From: Pseudomonadota bacterium | GTDB taxonomy: Bacteria > UBA10199 > 2-02-FULL-44-16 > JAAZCA01 | NCBI GenBank assembly: GCA_043798915.1 | Contig: JAZDOG010000002.1 | Coordinates: 712 to 64,711, forward strand | DNA: 64,000 nt | Direction of reading: 5' to 3' | Shown: piece after piece, positions 1 to 9,565 of the stretch | Numbering within the stretch: the stretch's first letter is position 1 | Layout: each line of letters begins with the position of its first letter | The notes under the pieces: model-generated | Database searches by the model: none | Seen by the model: the letters and a program-made list of their open reading frames with translations, nothing else | Told to the model about the DNA's origin: nothing | Program-made: the position numbers and the translations under genes

Positions 1-2
1 AA

Positions 3-686
3 GGGGAAGGCGGGCTCATCGACTTTCTCGCAACGATTCCAGAAGCGAGAAAGGCAAGGGGTATACGATACAAATCCGTCACGCTGCTCGCGCTGTCCGT
101 CTGCGCCTGCCTGTCAGGTGCGCTCTCTTATGAGGATATTGCGCGCTGGGCCAAATCTCTGTCCAGCGACATCCTTCGTCTCTTCGGCTGCAGGCAGGGA
201 AAGGCCCCGAATGAAGCAACCCTCCGCCGATTCTTGCAAAAGCAGGACGCCGATGCGATCGATCTCAAGGCCGGACAGTGGCTCGCCGGCATCGGGAAGC
301 TGCACGGGCCAAGGGACATCGCCATCGACGGCAAGACTCTTTGTGGATCGCACGACGGGGAGAAAAAGGCCGTCCATCTTTTGAGCGCCGTCCTTCAAAA
401 GGAGGGAGTGGTCATTGCCCAAAGGGCAGTACCATCAAAAACCAACGAGATCCCCGAGGTCAAACCGCTCCTGGAGCCTTTGGACATTGAGGGCTCGGTG
501 GTCACCCTCGACGCCCTGCACACGCACAGAGAAACGGCCCGATACATTGTGGAGGATAAAAAAGCTGATTATGTCCTTGTTGCGAAGGACAACCAATCGC
601 TGATTAAAAAGGACATCCTCGATCTGGACGAGGGCTTTTTTTCCCCCTCCGCACACGGAAACCAACAAGGGACACGGTCGCATTGA
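3..686 (+). CDS. ISAs1 transposase, N-terminal part (open from window edge)
   Basis: Frame is open from nt 3 (GLIDFLATIPEARKARGIRYKSVTLLALSVCACLSG...) through the DGKT and DALHT motifs; stops shortly after a T7C5 run. Confidence 0.85.
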   Translation, partial: GEGGLIDFLATIPEARKARGIRYKSVTLLALSVCACLSGALSYEDIARWAKSLSSDILRLFGCRQGKAPNEATLRRFLQKQDADAIDLKAGQWLAGIGKLHGPRDIAIDGKTLCGSHDGEKKAVHLLSAVLQKEGVVIAQRAVPSKTNEIPEVKPLLEPLDIEGSVVTLDALHTHRETARYIVEDKKADYVLVAKDNQSLIKKDILDLDEGFFSPSAHGNQQGTRSH

Positions 687-1131
687 AACGCGCACCATTC
701 ACGTGAGCTGTGACCTCAACGGCTATCTCGATTTTCCGTATCTCGGACAGATATTCCGCATCGAACGCCATGTGACAGACCTCGATGGAAGCAATCCGCG
801 AGAGGAGACCGTCTGCGGTCTCACGAGTCTCAATGCTGCCAAAGCTCCCCCAAGCCGAATCCTTGAAGCCAATCGCGGGCATTGGTCCATTGAAAACAGG
901 TTGCACTGGGTGCGCGACGTCACCTTCGACGAGGACCGGTCTCAAATCAGAAAAGGCAGCGGGGCTCACGTGATGGCCTCGATCCGAAACATTGTCATCA
1001 GCATCTTCCGCATCGCAGGCTATATCAAAAACATTGCTGCTGCTCTCCGTGATTGCTGCTGGAACGTGAAAAAGTCCTTGAGACTTGCAGGCCTTATACC
1101 GCCGCAGGGTTGTCCATTGGGCGCGCAGTGA
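637..1131 (+). CDS. ISAs1 transposase, C-terminal part in the +1 frame
   Basis: Frame reads FFPPPHTETNKGHGRIETR...HWSIENRLHWVRD, continuous from the T7C5 run. Confidence 0.8.
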   Translation, partial: FFPPPHTETNKGHGRIETRTIHVSCDLNGYLDFPYLGQIFRIERHVTDLDGSNPREETVCGLTSLNAAKAPPSRILEANRGHWSIENRLHWVRDVTFDEDRSQIRKGSGAHVMASIRNIVISIFRIAGYIKNIAAALRDCCWNVKKSLRLAGLIPPQGCPLGAQ

Positions 1132-1193
1132 AGGGACCGCAAGGGTCCCGTAACGAAGCGCCGTGGGCAACCCGTCGCATCATCCCCGCAGGA

Positions 1194-1287
1194 AGGAGAG
1201 TTACCCACAGAGTCCCATCCATCCGCCCGCCCAGCTACGCTTGGGGGCTCGCGGACGGACGGATGAGACTCTATGGATAACTCCCCT
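1194..1287 (-). repeat. 37-bp imperfect inverted repeat (long hairpin) inside the IS right end
   Basis: Arms 1194-1230 and 1251-1287; all six mismatches are C/A on +, i.e. G-U wobble pairs on -. Confidence 0.85.
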
Positions 1288-1429
1288 CGCATGGAATGAA
1301 AACAGTGTGCCGAGAATAGATGGCGGCGGTATCGGCTCGTATCCTTGCCCTATAAGCGCTTTCGCATTTGGGGACCCGGCGTATTACTGATCGCCGATCG
1401 CCTGACATCACGACTTTGCCGTTGCCGTG

Positions 1430-2380
1430 GCCAGATTCCAATCCTATATTGACAAATCGGAATCCCGCGGTCTTCATTGCACGGAAGACATCTCCGTAAT
1501 CGCATCCTGGTGTAATACGAAGGTTCGTGCCAAACGTGAGAGGTATCGTCCTCAGTCTGTTGAAGTCGGCCAACTGGGAACACAGCTCCAGTGTCCAATC
1601 GAGCCTAACTCCAATGGTCTCAACCTCGAGGTAGAGCTCCATGATCGCCGGTTCGGCCGAAGTAAGTGCAGCGATCTCTGAAACAATCTTTTCTGGTGAC
1701 CTGAAACGCACGTATCTTCCAGCAGCCAACTTTTTGAGAGCGTGGTTAGAACAGTACGAACAATCGAAAGGGCAACCGCGCCCGAGGAGAACAGAATGAG
1801 TGGACGAACTGCGAGGGGATATCCATCGCGTCCACAACTCCCGATCCGGGAACGGAATTTCGTCCAAATCATCGATGAACGGACGCGTTGCATTTTTCTC
1901 GATGTTTTCGCCGCTTTTAATCCATAGATTCGCGATACCATGAGGGGAACGTCCGGCCTGAAGACAGGATACAAGCTCCAAAGTCGGGTGCTCTCCTTCA
2001 CCAACGCAAAGCGCATCAAAAGGACCAGTTATGACTGTATCAGGAGCAAGGGAAGCATGCGGGCCACCGATGATTTGAAAAACACCCTTCCCGAATTTAC
2101 GCCTTGCCCTGGCCGCTATTTTCTCTATAAAATCATACTCCGTACTTACTGACGAATAGGCGATAACTTGCGATCCAAATTCCCGCACAGCTCGTTCCAC
2201 CAATCGAAAACCCACGTCTGGCGCGAAGCACGATCCCATAACCACAGCTTGAGTAAAATGCCCGTTCTTTTTCAGGACCGAAGAGATATACGACAACCCA
2301 AGCGGCATCGACTGCCTGTGTCGCATAGGCTTGTTCAGCCCAGCCACGTCATTTTGAGAATGAACAAAAAGTACATTCAT
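1430..2380 (-). pseudogene. B12-binding radical SAM protein, 3'-truncated by the IS
   Basis: PLGLSYISS, IIGGPHASL, RGCPFDCSYC; homology ends right after IGLESG, where IS sequence starts. Confidence 0.8.
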
Positions 2381-2411
2381 AAAACTGATAACTCCAGGTT
2401 TCTCCGGCAAC

Positions 2412-3332
2412 TCATCTTGGATACATCACCGGCACACCGCTATTCACTGGGTATACGACTGCACATTGTTCACATTGCAGCCCATCGTCATGGTGCAGAA
2501 GATCTGCCTCAGACAGACAGGACGGACAACGCAATAGCGATACTAAATCGATGCTCCTATTTCGGCTATTCTGGGACAATACGTTGCGTATTAGCGAGCC
2601 GAGCACTCGGCGCATTTTAAATCCAACTTGCTCCTGTGGAGACCCGATCTTACTATACGACCTTTCAGGGAGGGGCCAGGATACGTCAACACCAGGATTG
2701 ACGATCCAGTACGGTATAGAATTACGCCAGTAGAAGCGAGTATAAAATGGACCAGGATGTTTCGACAAAAAACCCAAAAAAGCAGCATCCTTCATCTTCC
2801 TTTCGTACCCTGTCACAACTTCACTATCATGGCGCCAAGAAGGCTTGTTAAATATTCTCAGTTTGCCATCTATGTCTGTCACCTCAAGGCGATGATATGT
2901 GAATGGATTCAGCCTTTCAAAAAAACCATCCGGAGTCTCAATGTATCCCGATTTACCGACACGCATCAATTCCCCCAAGAAATTGACAGGGTCGGGGCTG
3001 TGCTCCAGCACGTGAGAAGCAATGATAAAATCAAAGGACTGTGATTTAAAAGGCATCCTTTCAACATATCCAATCGCCAGCGGTCGATCTTTCACCAACT
3101 TGGATTCATTGCGTTCCACAGTGTCTTCGTAGGCATCCAGCAGCACATTTGCGCGTGGATATGGATTTCCACCCGAACCCACCTCCAGGACCAAGGCATC
3201 CGACGACACGGGGCAATGCAGGCGGCGCAGAGACCACGCCAACCGTTCCATACCGAGGCGATTCAGAATGCGCATCGGCAAAGATTCGGATGAAAGAGCT
3301 GTCCTGGTGTTTTTTGCCATCGATTCAATCAT
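2412..3332 (-). CDS. Class I SAM methyltransferase with C-terminal Trm112-like domain
   Basis: VLEVGSG, FDFIIASHVLEH; C-terminal LLRCPSC...LQCEQC...YPVNSGVPVM. Start approximate. Confidence 0.75.
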   Translation of the reverse strand: MIESMAKNTRTALSSESLPMRILNRLGMERLAWSLRRLHCPVSSDALVLEVGSGGNPYPRANVLLDAYEDTVERNESKLVKDRPLAIGYVERMPFKSQSFDFIIASHVLEHSPDPVNFLGELMRVGKSGYIETPDGFFERLNPFTYHRLEVTDIDGKLRIFNKPSWRHDSEVVTGYERKMKDAAFLGFLSKHPGPFYTRFYWRNSIPYWIVNPGVDVSWPLPERSYSKIGSPQEQVGFKMRRVLGSLIRNVLSQNSRNRSIDLVSLLRCPSCLSEADLLHHDDGLQCEQCAVVYPVNSGVPVMYPR

Positions 3333-3354
3333 TCTGATTTTACGAGACAAATAT

Positions 3355-4071
3355 TCACATTTTTCCAACAGTATCCGGCTTAACCGCTTCCACGAAGAGC
3401 GAGTCCTCAGGACGATTATCCAGCAGTTCGATATCAGGCAATTTGCCTTTTTGAAATACCCATTTCTCAATGTCCACAAAACCATTTTCAGCCAGGATGT
3501 TTTTTAAACCATCATACTCATACATATACTTATGCCGCGAATGATGACTCCCATCGTGGTCAACAAAGAAGTAATTCTGTAACATAAGCTCTTTTTCTCC
3601 TCGATTATACAGGGACAATGCATAATCCAGATCCGGAACAGACAATCTTACCCGCCCACCCGGCTTAAGAATGCGATAAATCTCTCCAATCAAACGACAA
3701 CCATCGCGCCGCGACAAATGCTCAAGAAAGTGGGAAGAAAAAACATAGTCGACAGCGTTATCGGCAAAGGGAGCGCCATAGCTCAAATCATGAAAAACAA
3801 AACGATTCTGGCTGAGAAGAGAATGGTACTGTTGAAATGTATAATACCCGCTAGCCCCGGAGACCCTATATGTCATGCGATGAATCCACCTAGGGCAGGA
3901 TGCAAACAGCGCATTTAACGAACCGTCGACATTCGTCCAATCAGTCGCAACCGCTAAGCCAGAACCAAGGTTTACCTTTACCAACTTGCCAATACCGACA
4001 ATGTGTACGCGGCGCAGCCGGAATGACCAACCCAGGAATCGTGTACAAATATCTGTAATTCGTCTGAGCAT
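3355..4071 (-). CDS. Class I SAM methyltransferase
   Basis: VNLGSG, VDYVFSSHFLEHL, YRILKPGGRVRLSVPD. Confidence 0.8.
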   Translation of the reverse strand: MLRRITDICTRFLGWSFRLRRVHIVGIGKLVKVNLGSGLAVATDWTNVDGSLNALFASCPRWIHRMTYRVSGASGYYTFQQYHSLLSQNRFVFHDLSYGAPFADNAVDYVFSSHFLEHLSRRDGCRLIGEIYRILKPGGRVRLSVPDLDYALSLYNRGEKELMLQNYFFVDHDGSHHSRHKYMYEYDGLKNILAENGFVDIEKWVFQKGKLPDIELLDNRPEDSLFVEAVKPDTVGKM

Positions 4072-4078
4072 TTAATCC

Positions 4079-5176
4079 CTATGCCATAACATCATTTATC
4101 CAAACCAACAACTGCCTCATCCGCGAGACAACATCGTGTCCATCCTCCCACGCGCGCTTAAAACCCGCTGCAGCAACTGACTGACGCAGAGGATCGTCAT
4201 GAACATATCGCCGCAATTTCGCAACCAATTCTTCCCTTGATCGAAAGAATTCTACATCACGCCCTTCTTTATACATTGTCGCAAGATCATCAGAATACTC
4301 GGAAAGCATCATTGTGCGAGTAGCGGGAATTTCAAAACAACGCCTCGTGTAGGTGTCGCGATTGCGCTTCGACAAGAAACACAACGCCACCTTAGCGCCA
4401 CACAAGGCTTTATTGTAATCCTCTCCCCAGACCAGACTCACCGGAGCTAATTTGCGCAGGACCGAAGAATTCATAACCGCAGAATGCCATCCGTTCTCTC
4501 CAAAACCTCTATTTGGCCCAAAAAGCCTCAGCCGAAAACCATTTTGCGCTATTTCTTCCAGCACTTCCATGCGCCCATCCGGTTCGTTATGTCCGACAAA
4601 CACCACATCACATTCAAACCGCGCCCTATCTTCCTGCGAAAGGACTACAGGGTGATTGACCTCAGGAACAAACCACGAGCGCATCAATTTCACACGGCCT
4701 GATCCGGCATTTCGAAAATCGTCAATGTTATGGTTGCGATAAGCCAGCATCAGGTCATATTCGGGAATCGCGTTAACAAAGTGCCTCCACGCCCAACGAG
4801 GCTGACGCGGTGAAAAAGGGTCATCGTTGTTATAGCCAACCAGAATCGTGTGCGAACACGCCTGTTTGATAGCGCGAAGGGTCGCAGCCGTAATGTGCGT
4901 TCCGCGATAGACAAAGAGCGCATCGGGTTGAGTCTGAATCGTACGAGCAAGCAGATCACGGTTAACAGCTCGAAATATCGGACCCAATAGATATTTATTC
5001 TGAAATTTTCGATTCAATCCATCCAGAGCCGCAAACCCAGGGGGGGTCGCCAGTGCAGATTGAAAGTACTGATGCCAGGCAAACCGCTCAACTCCGTGCC
5101 CCAACGCCACCAACGCACGCCCGACATGCTCTTCGTGTACTTGCGAGTGCCAATCTCCCACAACGAGAATTTTCAT
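4079..5176 (-). CDS. Glycosyltransferase, CgeB/GT4-like
   Basis: YNNDDPF, CDVVFVGH, RRCFEIPA, AGFKRAWEDGH (CgeB-type C-terminus). Confidence 0.8.
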   Translation of the reverse strand: MKILVVGDWHSQVHEEHVGRALVALGHGVERFAWHQYFQSALATPPGFAALDGLNRKFQNKYLLGPIFRAVNRDLLARTIQTQPDALFVYRGTHITAATLRAIKQACSHTILVGYNNDDPFSPRQPRWAWRHFVNAIPEYDLMLAYRNHNIDDFRNAGSGRVKLMRSWFVPEVNHPVVLSQEDRARFECDVVFVGHNEPDGRMEVLEEIAQNGFRLRLFGPNRGFGENGWHSAVMNSSVLRKLAPVSLVWGEDYNKALCGAKVALCFLSKRNRDTYTRRCFEIPATRTMMLSEYSDDLATMYKEGRDVEFFRSREELVAKLRRYVHDDPLRQSVAAAGFKRAWEDGHDVVSRMRQLLVWINDVMA

Positions 5177-5180
5177 TCAT

Positions 5181-6212
5181 TCACAAGCGCGGAGTGTGCC
5201 CTAGCAGCCGTTTCACCCGCACAATTCCTTTATCACACATGTTTTCGCCGAACAGCCACAAAGCGGCGCTGTAAAAATAGTAATGCCAGGTTTGGTTCAA
5301 TTGTGTTTCGCGGGCCAATTGACATGCATACGCAAGAAATTCTCGCCGCCCCCTTTTGCGCTGGATTGAAAGAAATGGATACGCATATTTCGAAAGATCT
5401 CTCCTGATGGGCGTCGTTGTATCGATGCCATATTTCCCATCTATATACTTGCTTATAACAAAGAAACCCTTCGTAAAGTTGACTGAAGTATGCGCGGTAA
5501 TCTTTCCTGGCTGGAACGCCTTCCTCTCTGCCAAGGCCGTTCCAAATTGTGCATTATCCTCGCGAAAGGTCTGAGCGGCAATCGCAACAGGTATATCGCA
5601 ATATATAGTCGGCTCATGAAGAGCGACCTCCGCCACCAGATAGAGCTGATAGAGAAGCAAACCATCGAACCTATCAGTGGCATATTGCAAAGCACGCTCG
5701 CGCCTGAACGTCACACCGCCAATGGACACAGTGCGCTTATAGTGGAAGACGCAGGCATCGATGCCGGGGGCAAATCGTCGCGTTTCCGGACAGTAGCTGA
5801 ACATCTCCAGCTTGCCATTTGGGTGCTGAGCGCAGTAGCTGCGCAACACATAGCCCACATCGCGGTTAGCGCGCAAAAATTCAAGATATGAACCCAGCTT
5901 ACCTGGAATAAACCAATCGTCATCCCCCATAAACAAGACAAAATCGCCTCTCGCCTGCTCGATCAAGCCGCGCACATTTTTATCGTAGCTGAGGTTATGC
6001 TCGTTCTCATAATAATTCACCGCGTATGGCGAGCTGCGGCGAAACTCCCCCACAGCCGCTCTCACTTCCTCGCGGCGGGGCGCTTTATCTTCTCCAACGA
6101 CAATTTCAACGTCACCCGGCGGAGCGTCGATCGAAGCTAGCAATCGGGCAATCAATTCGGGGCGATTGTAGCTGGGAATACAAATTGAGAGCAATATAGG
6201 TTGAGACGTCAT
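5181..6212 (-). CDS. GT2 family glycosyltransferase
   Basis: LSICIPSYNR, ARGDFVLFMGDDD. Confidence 0.85.
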   Translation of the reverse strand: MTSQPILLSICIPSYNRPELIARLLASIDAPPGDVEIVVGEDKAPRREEVRAAVGEFRRSSPYAVNYYENEHNLSYDKNVRGLIEQARGDFVLFMGDDDWFIPGKLGSYLEFLRANRDVGYVLRSYCAQHPNGKLEMFSYCPETRRFAPGIDACVFHYKRTVSIGGVTFRRERALQYATDRFDGLLLYQLYLVAEVALHEPTIYCDIPVAIAAQTFREDNAQFGTALAERKAFQPGKITAHTSVNFTKGFFVISKYIDGKYGIDTTTPIRRDLSKYAYPFLSIQRKRGRREFLAYACQLARETQLNQTWHYYFYSAALWLFGENMCDKGIVRVKRLLGHTPRL

Positions 6213-6248
6213 GATCGCCTTAAATTCAAAGGATGCTATTCCGCGTTT

Positions 6249-6953
6249 TTATGCGTGCCTTAACAGCCAAGTAGTTCGTCTTACTCGACCGAGAGTCCGC
6301 CCTTTAAGAGATCTGCTCCTGTGGCTCACGAGGGCAAATCCATGTTTTGTAAGTATCTGCGACATCTGGTCCTCGGTCCATTCGTATGGGTGACCTGGCA
6401 GACTGCCGCGATTTGGACATATTGCCTTAAGAATTTTTTTATGGACAAGGGATCGGACCGAATGAGCATCTACCGCAAATGCAAAAACACCGTCGGGTGA
6501 TAGAACCCTTTTTATCTCTGTCAGAATTGCCAACGGGTCATGAACGTGATCGAGGACGTTATTGCATACAACACAATCAAAGAACTTCTCCTCAAACGGA
6601 ATGGACTCTGCCTTAGCCATGACGTATTCTGTGCGACTTTGCACCCCGCCGATAAATTCATCCAAAAGCTTACAGCCGGATTGCGGGGGAAGAACGGGCA
6701 ACGGTTCCAAACCATAGGCCTCTTCAGATTGGAGCAACCACAACATTCCAACTCCCAATCCGCCGCATCCAACATCCAGCAATCGATGGAATCTCCTTGC
6801 CAAATACCCTTCCCTTTGAAGGTGCTCTGCTAGCGTAAACTGTCCATATAAATCATCTATAAGTCCAACTGGATCATGCTGCCGACTTATCCAATAGTCA
6901 GACTCAAACTTTTGTGCTTCCCGAAATCGCGTATCGCTGATAATCCTCGTCAT
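6249..6953 (-). CDS. Class I SAM methyltransferase
   Basis: LLDVGCGG, FDCVVCNNVLDHV, KRVLSPDG. Confidence 0.8.
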   Translation of the reverse strand: MTRIISDTRFREAQKFESDYWISRQHDPVGLIDDLYGQFTLAEHLQREGYLARRFHRLLDVGCGGLGVGMLWLLQSEEAYGLEPLPVLPPQSGCKLLDEFIGGVQSRTEYVMAKAESIPFEEKFFDCVVCNNVLDHVHDPLAILTEIKRVLSPDGVFAFAVDAHSVRSLVHKKILKAICPNRGSLPGHPYEWTEDQMSQILTKHGFALVSHRSRSLKGRTLGRVRRTTWLLRHA

Positions 6954-7861
6954 ACTCCGCCTCCATTTTCAGGTTCAATATTCACCGTTGTCCAATGCGG
7001 TGGAATCCAGTCGTCTCCCCATGGTGACAGCCCACGGGGGGCAACGATATTCTTGGCTTCACTATCACTCAGCCAAGCGGCCCACCAGCTGAACGTACTG
7101 TCTCCGATAATCGCATGGTCACATGAATACATAAGGTAAAAATCGATCAAGCTTTGCGCGTTTCCTTTCGCAGCAGGAATGTCAGCAAATATGACATTGC
7201 CCCCTAGAGAATCAAGTTCTTCCTTTGCAGCGGACTGATCATCGGAAAAGACAAAGAAGCGCACATCCGGATACTTGTTTTCCATGATCTCCATTGCAGA
7301 ACGGTAGTACTCGGTCAGGGACGGGTGTGAGACACCAACCTCCTCCGAGTACGAACGCCAATGAATTGAACACGACCTCACCGACTCGATCTTGTCGAGG
7401 ATGCGCAATGCTAAAGGGTCATCAGGCTTTGGCGGGAGGAGTTCATCGCGCAACTCACCGGCGATGTCCTGGTAATACCGATACGTTGCCCAGCACCCCA
7501 GGAAATAGGGATTACTTTTGTATTTAGTGCGGTGCACATCCTCCTGGTAGCGCTGTGGATATCCTTCGCAAACGATCGGTCTTAATGAAAGCGGACATTT
7601 ATTGCTCAATGCAATGCCGAGCCGGATTTTAGCCTTGAACATTAACTGGGCAATTCTGTTTTTTGGCATTTTTTTCCTGTTGATACTGACAAGCGGGAAG
7701 GCGTCCAACAGGTATTGCCTTTTATAGGGATCGTTCCAGTACCCGGATTCCGCATCCACTTCCAGGATCGCTTCATTTTGTGCGGCGACAGCACGGCCAA
7801 ACGCATAACAATGCAGCTGGTTTCCCAATCCGCCAACAATACATACTGTTGCTTTCTTCAT
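6950..7861 (-). CDS. GT11 alpha-1,2-fucosyltransferase-like protein
   Basis: GGLGNQL, FFVFSDD, IIGDSTFSWWAAWL; ATG at 7861 overlaps the upstream stop. Confidence 0.8.
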   Translation of the reverse strand: MKKATVCIVGGLGNQLHCYAFGRAVAAQNEAILEVDAESGYWNDPYKRQYLLDAFPLVSINRKKMPKNRIAQLMFKAKIRLGIALSNKCPLSLRPIVCEGYPQRYQEDVHRTKYKSNPYFLGCWATYRYYQDIAGELRDELLPPKPDDPLALRILDKIESVRSCSIHWRSYSEEVGVSHPSLTEYYRSAMEIMENKYPDVRFFVFSDDQSAAKEELDSLGGNVIFADIPAAKGNAQSLIDFYLMYSCDHAIIGDSTFSWWAAWLSDSEAKNIVAPRGLSPWGDDWIPPHWTTVNIEPENGGGV

Positions 7862-8826
7862 TGAAGATTCCCGGTCCGCACAGCGATGCAACTCGCCCTG
7901 AATTCTGAAAGCGTTTGCGGCTTTACACCATGGTTTTGCCACCAGGCAAAAACCCGGCGATAGGCATCAAAATGCCGATCCACATCAGACTCCGTGCGCC
8001 AATAAGGAGAGCAGCCTGCCATGAACTCGGACGAGTGGGACATCAGATTCAGCTGTGGCAAACGACTGTTGGCCCATGAACATACATTTAGCAAATTGCC
8101 GGCTGAAGCCTGAGGCGATGGCCTCAGCCAATTATTTGCAAGGCCCAACCTCCTTATGATGGCCGAGACATACCGGTTTTTTTCACATCCAAACAACCGC
8201 AACCCTGGCTTGATGGTACAAGGAACTTCCAGCAATTCACTCGCACCACGCCTGCAAATATCCTCTGTCCCCATGAGATAGGGTTGCATAGGTGCGCGCG
8301 TATAATCCATGATTCCAGTCGATGACCAATCGATGCCAGGTATGACGCTGGTGTCAATTCGAACACCGAGGGAAGTGAGGATATGCACGTGTCGTACGTC
8401 CAGCCCCCACCTCCCCGCTCGATGACTAAGTGGCGCACCAAATCGTTTGGTGATGAGATTTACCAAAGAAGTGAGCTTTGCCTCCAGAACCTCTTCGCTA
8501 TAGTCCGGCCCAACCCAGGCATGTTCTGATGAATCCTGTTTCACGACAGGCGGGGTTTCCCACAAGTGAGGGTGAATGCCCACCTCGCAATCACCATGGG
8601 CTAACAACGTTTCAAGGACGGAGGCACACACATCATCAGCGGCGACGGACCACGAAACGAGATACGTCGGACGAACACCGTAATCCTGACACAAGCGGTG
8701 AAATATCGGAAGATTCTGTATATTTTTCAAACACCGGCTATGCGTATCAGCCCAGACGTTGTCGGGTTCGACATCAATGGTGACGATACCTGCCGAACTC
8801 GACTTGTCTGAGAGACATTCATTCAT
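7858..8826 (-). CDS. Polysaccharide deacetylase (WalW-like)
   Basis: VTIDVEPD, EVGIHPH, SHRAGRWG, SHSSEF. Confidence 0.75.
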   Translation of the reverse strand: MNECLSDKSSSAGIVTIDVEPDNVWADTHSRCLKNIQNLPIFHRLCQDYGVRPTYLVSWSVAADDVCASVLETLLAHGDCEVGIHPHLWETPPVVKQDSSEHAWVGPDYSEEVLEAKLTSLVNLITKRFGAPLSHRAGRWGLDVRHVHILTSLGVRIDTSVIPGIDWSSTGIMDYTRAPMQPYLMGTEDICRRGASELLEVPCTIKPGLRLFGCEKNRYVSAIIRRLGLANNWLRPSPQASAGNLLNVCSWANSRLPQLNLMSHSSEFMAGCSPYWRTESDVDRHFDAYRRVFAWWQNHGVKPQTLSEFRASCIAVRTGNLQ

Positions 8827-9565
8827 GAGGCAAACCTACAGGACGCGCAATGGCGGCAAGAATCACCGGCGAACTCATCCTTGTCCCCAAAGGAGAGCAC
8901 TTGTCCTCGACCAGGATCCGCGCATTTGTGAAAATGTTCAGCAGCTTGGCCAACCCTCTCCCAAACGGCATTTTCTGCAACCAGGTATTAAAGATGAGTT
9001 GTCGCAAGTGCAAACCGGTGCCAAGCGTACCGACTATAGGGAACATGACCTCGACCTCAAAACCCGCCTCTCTCAGAATATGTCGCAACCCGTCCTGAGT
9101 GAAACGATAGTAGTCGCCTCCGGATGCCGGGTGATACGTCCATGTGCCATGGGTGGTTATAAACATCCGGCCTTCCGGGCGAAGCAATCGCCGGCAATCG
9201 CGCAAATAAAAGTTGTATCCAGGGATCAGATACACGACCTGCGTTGATATAATGCAATCCGCCACAGCATCTAGCAGAGGCACTATCTGCCCTGGTTCTA
9301 TAGTCACATCGGCGTGCGGGTTTGAGTGGGTGTCAATGCCAATATATTCGCAGTTATCTGGAAACATACTACGGTAGGGTTTCCCCCCGCAACCGAAGTC
9401 AATGACCTTCATTTTGGACTTAACATGTTCCGCTGCAAATTCCTTGATCGCATCGGCCAAGCCTCGCACAGGACAATAGTCAGCGTCCCAAATGCGCGGA
9501 TGCAGGCGCCTTGTCGTTTCGAATGTGCGCCCGTATTCATAAGGTATAATCTGTTTGCTCATCAA
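8819..9565 (-). CDS. Class I SAM methyltransferase
   Basis: VIDFGCGGKPY, RLLRPEG, DYYRFTQDGL. Confidence 0.8.
   Translation of the reverse strand: MMSKQIIPYEYGRTFETTRRLHPRIWDADYCPVRGLADAIKEFAAEHVKSKMKVIDFGCGGKPYRSMFPDNCEYIGIDTHSNPHADVTIEPGQIVPLLDAVADCIISTQVVYLIPGYNFYLRDCRRLLRPEGRMFITTHGTWTYHPASGGDYYRFTQDGLRHILREAGFEVEVMFPIVGTLGTGLHLRQLIFNTWLQKMPFGRGLAKLLNIFTNARILVEDKCSPLGTRMSSPVILAAIARPVGLPHE

Larger units (their letters stand above)
1..1429 (+). mobile_element. ISAs1-family insertion sequence, left part outside window
   Basis: Transposase motifs (IAIDGKTL, TLDALHT, KGHGRIETR, RGHWSIENRLHWVRDVTFDEDRSQIR). ISAs1-like end GACTTTGCCGTTGCCGTG at 1412-1429, exactly where the neighbouring radical SAM gene breaks off. 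Confidence 0.85.

Noticed and set aside
1271-1429. C-terminal ~52 aa of the 379-aa ORF as real protein
   Set aside because: It is read-through into IS DNA after the GLESG motif.
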